From positions 205,047 through 269,046 of the forward strand of contig CAZDCG010000002.1 of the NCBI GenBank assembly GCA_964503955.1: DNA of 64,000 nt. The letters are read 5' to 3'. Below, one piece after another: positions 57,569-64,000 of this stretch (position 1 is the first letter of the stretch; each line of letters opens with the position of its first letter). The translations under genes and the position numbers were made by a program. This DNA comes from an uncultured Gammaproteobacteria bacterium. GTDB taxonomy: Bacteria > Patescibacteriota > Patescibacteriia > VMEV01 > CAYQCH01. Under the pieces are notes generated by a model, which made no database searches, was not told where the DNA came from, and saw nothing but the letters and a program-made list of their open reading frames with translations.

Positions 57569-58219
57569 ATGCAAAAAAAAGAGCAATATAGGCCCACGAG
57601 AGAAAGGTGGGTATCTGCACTCATGAAGCTCTTTTTGGCAAGCTTTGCTGGTTTAGCTCTGCTTGCGGGATCAGGGTGCGCGTCTTCCTCCTTGAGAGAA
57701 CCGCCTGCGCAGGCGGCCAAGACGCATACCGGCTTGAACCGACCGCTTCAGCCGCCGCCTCTTGCGGGGGATCTGGGCGAAGCCGGCGAGGATTACCGAA
57801 AACAGGTCAGGCACCGCATGTCGCAGCGGACAACCGAGATCCGTCAGCTGCAGATAAAAGCGGAACTGGCTCAGTCCCGTATTCACAGGGCTGTTCTGTC
57901 TGGAGCTGTGGAAGGCGTGGAAGAGGACCTCGTCCAGTTTATCCGACTGCGCGACGAAATCCTTCTGCTGCGAAGAGCCGCTGAGCAGGAATTCCTCCTG
58001 CTTTCGGCATTTCTCAGCGACGCGTCTGTTCTCCTGAGCAGGCAGAAGGAACAAGGCCCGATCGCTCTTGCGTATCGGGATCTCTCGCGGGAATACCGTG
58101 CAGAGGCGCTGCAAACACGCCAGCTTGTTGAAAGCGCCGAGCGGCAGCGAGAAGAAGCTGTCGACTTGCAGGACCGCGTGCTCAATGCGGCCCGGCAAGA
58201 AAGGAGCCCTACGGATTAA
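57569..58219 (+). CDS. Lipoprotein with a coiled-coil region.
   Basis: Lipobox LLAGSGCASS. The likely start is at 57623 (MKLFLASFAG...). Confidence 0.45.
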   Translation: MQKKEQYRPTRERWVSALMKLFLASFAGLALLAGSGCASSSLREPPAQAAKTHTGLNRPLQPPPLAGDLGEAGEDYRKQVRHRMSQRTTEIRQLQIKAELAQSRIHRAVLSGAVEGVEEDLVQFIRLRDEILLLRRAAEQEFLLLSAFLSDASVLLSRQKEQGPIALAYRDLSREYRAEALQTRQLVESAERQREEAVDLQDRVLNAARQERSPTD

Positions 58220-58251
58220 TTCCCGCAGGGCTCCTTCGCTTATCAGGCAAG

Positions 58252-59475
58252 GTGTCTTATACTGTCTGTATGAATCCGCAACAAACTCATATTCTTGGCG
58301 TGAAAGTCGATTTACTGCAGTCCTCTGAAGTTCAGGGGACGATTGCTTCGTGGCTGAAACAGAAAAGCTTTCATCATCTTATTACCTTGAATCCTGAGAT
58401 CGCCTTGCTTGCCGAGGAAAATCCGGACTATCGAAAAATCCTGAACCGGGCAGATCTGACCACCGTTGACGGCGTGGGGCTGCAGGTTGGCGCTCTTCTC
58501 CTTGGGACAAATGTTCCTGAGAGATGCACGGGAAGGCAGGTGATCGACTTTATTTGCAAGGAAGCAGTGCGCCTGAACAAAAGTCTTTTTTTGCTTGGCG
58601 GGAGAGGGGAGACATCGGCAAAAGCATCCAGACGCTTGGAGGAACTTTATCCCGGATTACGCATAGCCGGCGCGCAGGAGGGAGTAAAATCGGAAGAGTT
58701 TAGCTACCGCCAGCCTGAGCTCATTGAACGCATTAATGCTTCTAAGGCCGAAATTCTGCTGGTTGCCTTCGGGGCGCCAAAGCAGGAGATATGGATTGCG
58801 GAGAATGCCAAAGACTTGAAGCATATTCAAATTGCCGTTGGCGTGGGCGGACTATTCGATTATTTGGCCGGCAATGTCGCAAATCCGCCGAAATTCGTTC
58901 AGACTATCGGGTTGGAGTGGCTCTTCCGCTTGATCACGCAGCCGTATCGTTTCAAGCGGATTTTCCGAGCCGTGGTTGTTTTTCCGTGCCGGGCGTTCAT
59001 CTGGAGGATCCGCATGCTGCTGCATTACAGGGAAAATGTACTGGGCGTGATTCAAAACCAGCGCGGACAGCTGCTGCTTGTAAGCCCTGCCTGGAGTGAT
59101 GTGGAAAAATGGCAATTTCCACAAGGAGGCATAGACGGCGGAGAAAGCAGGGAAGCGGCAATCCTGAGAGAAATGGCAGAAGAGCTTGGCACATCAAAAT
59201 TCCGCATAAGGCAGATGAAAAAAGATGCTTACGCGTATAAATGGCCCCGCTGGTACCGGGTATTGCGCGGGTATAAAGGGCAAAGACAGAGTATTTTTCT
59301 GCTCGATTTTCTTGGTTCAGATGAGGAAATAGATTTAGAAAAAGAGAACGAACTTTCCGCCTGGAAATGGTGCGATCCGGGCCAGCTCCTTTCAGAACTT
59401 TCACCCCCAAGAAGAGCGATCGGCCAGATCGCCCTGAATGCCTTTGGTCTGATTGACGAAAGACCTGAAAAATGA
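58252..59475 (+). CDS. Fusion of a WecG/TagA/CpsF-family glycosyltransferase and a NUDIX hydrolase.
   Basis: The N-terminal 245 aa match WecB/TagA features (LTTVDGVGL..., GAPKQE). The C-terminal domain carries the Nudix box GGIDGGESREAAILREMAEELG. Confidence 0.6.
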   Translation: MSYTVCMNPQQTHILGVKVDLLQSSEVQGTIASWLKQKSFHHLITLNPEIALLAEENPDYRKILNRADLTTVDGVGLQVGALLLGTNVPERCTGRQVIDFICKEAVRLNKSLFLLGGRGETSAKASRRLEELYPGLRIAGAQEGVKSEEFSYRQPELIERINASKAEILLVAFGAPKQEIWIAENAKDLKHIQIAVGVGGLFDYLAGNVANPPKFVQTIGLEWLFRLITQPYRFKRIFRAVVVFPCRAFIWRIRMLLHYRENVLGVIQNQRGQLLLVSPAWSDVEKWQFPQGGIDGGESREAAILREMAEELGTSKFRIRQMKKDAYAYKWPRWYRVLRGYKGQRQSIFLLDFLGSDEEIDLEKENELSAWKWCDPGQLLSELSPPRRAIGQIALNAFGLIDERPEK

Positions 59476-59490
59476 CAATATTTCTTCACT

Positions 59491-61005
59491 ATGGATATTC
59501 GAACTAGGTATGCGCCAAGCCCGACGGGATTTCTGCATATCGGCGGTGTACGAACCGCTCTTTTTTGTTATGCCTGGGCAAAGAAAAACGGAGGAACATT
59601 TCTTTTGCGCATTGAAGATACCGATCAGGAGCGTTTTGTCTCCGGCGCTGTCCAGCAAATTATCGATTCATTGACCTGGGTGGGGCTGCTCCCTGATGAA
59701 GGCGTTGTTGCATCAAATAACGACCAGATCGAAGAAAAAGGTCCTCGCGGACCATACGTGCAATCCCAAAGAATAGATCTGTACAATAAATTTGCTCAAC
59801 AGCTTATCAGCGAGAAAAAAGCTTATAAATGCTGGTGTTCTTCTGAACGCTTAGACGCGATGCGGGCCGCGCAGCGCGCCGCCAAACAGATGCCAAAATA
59901 TGACCGTCATTGTTACCACCTGGACGATGCACGGCGCCAGGAACTTGAGCAGTCGGAAGAACCATATGTCATCCGTTTTTTTGTGCCGGAAAAAACAAAT
60001 GTTGCATGGAATGACATTGTTTTTGGGGAAATGAAATTCGAGCAGGATCAGCTTGATGATTTCGTGATTTTAAAGAGCGACCGATTTCCAACCTATAACT
60101 TCGCCAATGTTATCGATGATCATTCCATGGAGATTTCGCATGTTATCCGCGCGCAGGAATTCCTCTCAAGCACGCCAAAGCATCTCCTGCTCTACGAGGC
60201 ATTCGGGTGGAATCCTCCTGTTATTGTCCATGTTCCATGGGTTTTAGGGACGAATAAGCAGAAACTCAGCAAACGCCATGGAGATGTTGCCGTTGATGAG
60301 TACCGCAAAAAGGGAATTTTGCCGCAAGCCTTGATCAATTATCTGGCTTTGCTTGGCTGGAACCCAAAAGACGGTTCGGAAATCATGTCTCTGAGCGAAA
60401 TTGTCGAAAAATTCGACCTTCAGGATATCCAAAAGTCAGGTGCGGTTTTTGACTATGAGAAGCTGCTTTGGATGAATGCGACCTATATCCGCCAGATGAG
60501 CGGGGAAGAGCTGCTTGAAGCCGCATTGCCGTTTTTAGGCGATTATGTCCGCCGTGAGAGCGATGAAACCTTTCAAAACCTGCTTTCGGGAAAGACTTTG
60601 TCAAGAAATCAGTTGATCAGTATGCTGGCACTTGAGCAGGAACGGATTAAGGCTCTTCATGAAATCGGAGAAAAAATGGCTTTTCTGCTTAAATCAAAAC
60701 TGGAATATGAACCGGCAGTGCTTGTCTGGAAAAAGGGGACAGTGTCTGACGTGCAGATGATTCTCCCTCTTGTGAAAGCCGAACTTGAACATCTCAGCGA
60801 CTGGTCCGCAGTTTCGATCCGCGAAGCACTGCAGCGAGTTGTTCAGTCCTCCGCAAAAGGAGTCGGTGATATCTTCTGGCCGGCACGCGTTGCTTTAAGC
60901 GGACAGCAATCAAGCCCAAGCCCTGAAGAAATCGCGGAGATTATAGGCAAAGAGGAATCCATTGCCCGCATAAACGCAGCGATCGACATGGCTGCCTCGC
61001 TTTGA
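59491..61005 (+). CDS. gltX: Glutamate--tRNA ligase.
   Basis: The HIGH motif is PTGFLHIGGVRTALF and the KMSKS motif is KLSKR. The length of 504 aa fits. Confidence 0.9.
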   Translation: MDIRTRYAPSPTGFLHIGGVRTALFCYAWAKKNGGTFLLRIEDTDQERFVSGAVQQIIDSLTWVGLLPDEGVVASNNDQIEEKGPRGPYVQSQRIDLYNKFAQQLISEKKAYKCWCSSERLDAMRAAQRAAKQMPKYDRHCYHLDDARRQELEQSEEPYVIRFFVPEKTNVAWNDIVFGEMKFEQDQLDDFVILKSDRFPTYNFANVIDDHSMEISHVIRAQEFLSSTPKHLLLYEAFGWNPPVIVHVPWVLGTNKQKLSKRHGDVAVDEYRKKGILPQALINYLALLGWNPKDGSEIMSLSEIVEKFDLQDIQKSGAVFDYEKLLWMNATYIRQMSGEELLEAALPFLGDYVRRESDETFQNLLSGKTLSRNQLISMLALEQERIKALHEIGEKMAFLLKSKLEYEPAVLVWKKGTVSDVQMILPLVKAELEHLSDWSAVSIREALQRVVQSSAKGVGDIFWPARVALSGQQSSPSPEEIAEIIGKEESIARINAAIDMAASL

Positions 61006-62333
61006 ATTTTGAGAGGGCGGATATCTGTGGCATAATAAAAGCGCTCAATGCGCTTTTTATGTTACAACGAGTTCTCAAATCCATCTGGTTCATCAGTCTG
61101 GTCGCGGTCACCGCGGCCTTAATACATCCGTCCTTGCCTTTGGCTTGGGCGCAGACGATCGATTTCCGCACATCCGAGGAGATCAAAACGCTCAATCTCG
61201 AGATTTCAAAAAAATCCGACCTAATCGAGGAACTGGGGGAAAGAGCGCAGGAATTAGCCAAGCTGATTGCGGAAAATCAGGAGCAAGCAACGACTTTGGA
61301 ACATGAGCTTGCGCTGATCAACAATCGAATTGCCAAACTTGAGCTGGATATTGAAAGGCGCAGGGAAGAGGTGTCGGCAACCGAGCTTGAGATTAAAGAA
61401 ACGAATCTCCAGCTGGAAGAGAAAGAACGATCAATTGATTTTCAAAAAGTACAGCTTTCAAGCCTGATCCGCGAGCTGCATAGACAAGACAAACGAGGAA
61501 ATCTGGAGATTTTGTTTGTGCATGACAGCTTGTCTAGCTTTTTCAGCTATGTGCGCCACCTCGAAGACGTGCAAGCCAATGTGCAGGTTTCACTCGCAGG
61601 TTTGAAAGACGGCAAGCGCCATCTCGAAGTCTTTGAGCGGGAATTGGAACTTGAAAAGGCAAATCTCCAGCAATTGCTTCTTGAGCTGCAGGTTGAGCAG
61701 GAGAAACTCGAACAGGAAAAAGCCGGGCAGGAAGCGTTGATCGAAGAAACGGAACTCTCCGAGGCGGAATTTCAGAAACGGCTAGGCGAGATCCGCTTCC
61801 AGCAGCGCGTGGCCGATGAAGAAATCCGCAATCTGGAGGTGGAAATCAAGGAGAAATTGCGCCAGGCCCAGCTGAAGAATCCGAATCTTGTTCTAAACCC
61901 CGGCCAGCTCCTTTGGCCCATTCCAAATCAGGGAATTACAACGTATTTCCATGATCCTGGCTATCCGTTCCGCCATATCGTCGGCGAACATTCAGGGCTT
62001 GACCTTCGCACCCTGATCAACGGAACTCCTCGCATGGGAATGCCTTTGCGCGCGCCGGCCTCAGGAATCGTGGTAAAAACGATCGCGAATGGAAAATTTA
62101 CCGGCAATGCCATTTTCCTCTCCCATGGAGATCTGATGACGGTGTTTTACCACCTCAGCGAAATCTACGTGCAACCCGATCAATTCGTGAATATCGGTGA
62201 TACGATCGGCGCGACAGGCGGAGCCCCGGGGCATCCCGGCGCAGGGCTTTCAAGCGGCCCTCATTTGCACTTTGAAGTGCGCCAGAACGGCATTCCCGTA
62301 GATCCTTGCGCGTATCTTTCGCCAAGCTGCTAA
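61002..62333 (+). CDS. Coiled-coil M23 peptidase, EnvC-like murein hydrolase activator.
   Basis: Signal/TM, a long coiled coil, and a C-terminal M23 domain (HSGLDLR..., GPHLHFEV). Confidence 0.7.
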   Translation: MNFERADICGIIKALNALFMLQRVLKSIWFISLVAVTAALIHPSLPLAWAQTIDFRTSEEIKTLNLEISKKSDLIEELGERAQELAKLIAENQEQATTLEHELALINNRIAKLELDIERRREEVSATELEIKETNLQLEEKERSIDFQKVQLSSLIRELHRQDKRGNLEILFVHDSLSSFFSYVRHLEDVQANVQVSLAGLKDGKRHLEVFERELELEKANLQQLLLELQVEQEKLEQEKAGQEALIEETELSEAEFQKRLGEIRFQQRVADEEIRNLEVEIKEKLRQAQLKNPNLVLNPGQLLWPIPNQGITTYFHDPGYPFRHIVGEHSGLDLRTLINGTPRMGMPLRAPASGIVVKTIANGKFTGNAIFLSHGDLMTVFYHLSEIYVQPDQFVNIGDTIGATGGAPGHPGAGLSSGPHLHFEVRQNGIPVDPCAYLSPSC

Positions 62334-63211
62334 GTATGTCTAAAAAAGAAAATAAACAATTTTTCGACGGCTTTCTGCTTGGAGCCATTCTTGGCGGTCT
62401 CATTCTCTCAACGCTTATCGCGGCAGCTCTCTTTGCGGATGGGGAAGAGGCGGGAGAAACAATGCCGCCGATCTCACTGCAATCAACGCTTCAAAACCAG
62501 CTCGAGCAAACGGGCCAAGCATATGATCTGGCCTTGATTTCGCGGGATAAGGGAAGATCCGTGACCATCGGCGAACCCCGGCAAACGTATGAAATCCGCT
62601 CCTCGTTTACAAATCATGACGGATCAGTCATTTTCAGGCTTCTATCCGATAATGCGCCTGCTTCTGCAAACCAATCAGATTGTTATCCTTCGCAAACGAA
62701 TCTCTTCGCGACCGTATGGGCAGAAAATGGAGAACAGTTGTCCGAAATCTATCAACTCGGGCCTTCCGATTCAGTCACGAGCTGGCAAACCTGCGTAAAT
62801 ATCCATGGTTTTGCAGATAACAGCTTGTATTTCACAATACTAAGCTTTGGCGGCATTGAGCAATATCAGCAGTTGATGATTATCGACGAAAAAGGGGAAC
62901 TGCATGAAGGACCTTCGTATGGTATTTCTTTCGCCTCTGATACGGTGCAGTACCCCATCCTGCACATTTGGAGCTATCAGGACAATTCACTGGTCCAAAT
63001 TCAACGCTCAGAGGCTGAATACAGCGATCTTAAAGGGCTTGGCGCATCAAGGCAGCAAATTAATCTTGAAAGTGTATTAGAAGCGAATGCAAAGCTAAAA
63101 ACCAGCGAGGCTGTCCAGGTCAATCTGCACGCAAAGCATAATAGAACAGCATATGAACAGGGAATTGAAATCCAAACAGCAGACGGGCAAAACATCATTC
63201 TTTCGTGGTGA
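62306..63211 (+). CDS. Hypothetical membrane-anchored protein.
   Basis: 301 aa with an N-terminal TM (FLLGAILGGLILSTLIAAALFA). Confidence 0.4.
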   Translation: MRVSFAKLLSMSKKENKQFFDGFLLGAILGGLILSTLIAAALFADGEEAGETMPPISLQSTLQNQLEQTGQAYDLALISRDKGRSVTIGEPRQTYEIRSSFTNHDGSVIFRLLSDNAPASANQSDCYPSQTNLFATVWAENGEQLSEIYQLGPSDSVTSWQTCVNIHGFADNSLYFTILSFGGIEQYQQLMIIDEKGELHEGPSYGISFASDTVQYPILHIWSYQDNSLVQIQRSEAEYSDLKGLGASRQQINLESVLEANAKLKTSEAVQVNLHAKHNRTAYEQGIEIQTADGQNIILSW

Positions 63212-63599
63212 TTCTCATGATCAAAGAGTAGACGAGCTTTTTAAACGAGCTAAATCGTTGCTAAAACTCAAAAAAGCTTCCTGGCGGCCGATGACCGGCA
63301 GAAAAGCTCCCGTAAATACGGCAAAGGATTATTCACTGGGGTATACCGATCTTGAAACCCATGTTATTACAATCGACATTTACACGCCCAAGCACCGGCG
63401 TCCAAAAAGCCTGAATGGAATTTTGCGCGTCCTGGCTCATGAATTTGCCCATTTGCAAAAACCGCCGTTCAGACAGCGCCATAGGGGACGATGGATTACG
63501 AGAATGCATTATCCGGAGTTCTATCATCAGGTAAATAAAAACATCGAGGTCTTTAAGAAAGACAGGCAACTTGGTTCGCTCTTTAAAAAATCAGATTAG
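63153..63599 (+). CDS. Putative zinc metallopeptidase (SprT-like/DUF45 family).
   Basis: 148 aa. The HExxH motif is VLAHEFAHL. Confidence 0.45.
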   Translation: MNRELKSKQQTGKTSFFRGDSHDQRVDELFKRAKSLLKLKKASWRPMTGRKAPVNTAKDYSLGYTDLETHVITIDIYTPKHRRPKSLNGILRVLAHEFAHLQKPPFRQRHRGRWITRMHYPEFYHQVNKNIEVFKKDRQLGSLFKKSD

Positions 63600-64000
63600 C
63601 CGAGAAATTGAGTTGTCTATACTCCCCAAGCTTAAGAGAGGAGGAGGGAAGGGATGAACAGTGTCCCTGATCTAAAATAATATAGCGTCGCACAATATAT
63701 CTTATGCGACGCCATAGAACATGCCAAATAGATCCAGGGGTACAAGTACTCACCACTTCTTGGCAAAAAAGGCCCCTAAAATGCCTAACGGTATCCAGAT
63801 TGAGACAAAGATGGCGGAGTTGAGATAGTCCAAGGCAAAAATACCTGAAATGAACCAGATGGTCATCGCCGCCGCGATGAGTCGTTTCAGGACTGATGCA
63901 TGATCTACAATAAACTTATTGATATCCATAGATGTATTTATCTGTAGTATACCCGATTAGGAAAACGCAGATCAATGTACTCCCTCACCTCTTCTTTGAT

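Noticed and set aside
56743-57720. 325-aa minus-strand ORF antisense to the two lipoprotein genes.
   Set aside because: Its translation is Arg/Leu-rich and low-complexity in a GC-rich segment. The plus-strand genes have clear lipobox signal peptides.

Overview
The window reads as a small-genome bacterium with a backbone of roughly 48-50% GC. This is consistent with a Patescibacteria/CPR-like organism, but that is only an inference from gene content. The backbone carries rplJ-rplL, a truncated dcw cluster (mraZ-rsmH-ftsL-ftsI-Mur ligase), the heat-shock genes hrcA-grpE-hsp20-dnaK-dnaJ and clpB, Ku-LigD, fmt-def-priA, gltX, four tRNAs and rpmG.

The clear accessory region is a low-GC island (about 38% GC, roughly 14.5-25.2 kb) directly downstream of tRNA-Glu. 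It carries a large serine recombinase and three defence modules: (i) a tightly coupled operon of C-protein (XRE HTH), a beta-class DNA methyltransferase, a HerA/FtsK-superfamily ATPase and a NurA-like nuclease, which is the best candidate for an undescribed R-M-like system; (ii) a frameshifted ParB-methyltransferase fusion with a LexA-like repressor and a DUF2188 gene; (iii) a minimal CBASS-like pair of a SMODS nucleotidyltransferase and a 2TM effector.

Other notable items: a stand-alone OLD-family ATPase-Toprim nuclease at the 5' end of the window; two short cassettes with very high GC and GC3 flanking an M23 peptidase gene; two CIRCE operators each paired with a near-consensus sigma70 promoter; a 150-bp compound palindrome ahead of the mraZ promoter; GTTAAC-palindrome motifs shared upstream of rsmH and grpE; and a nested hairpin between dnaK and dnaJ. 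No CRISPR array or rRNA gene was seen.

All functional calls rest on motifs I recognised by eye. None was checked by database search.
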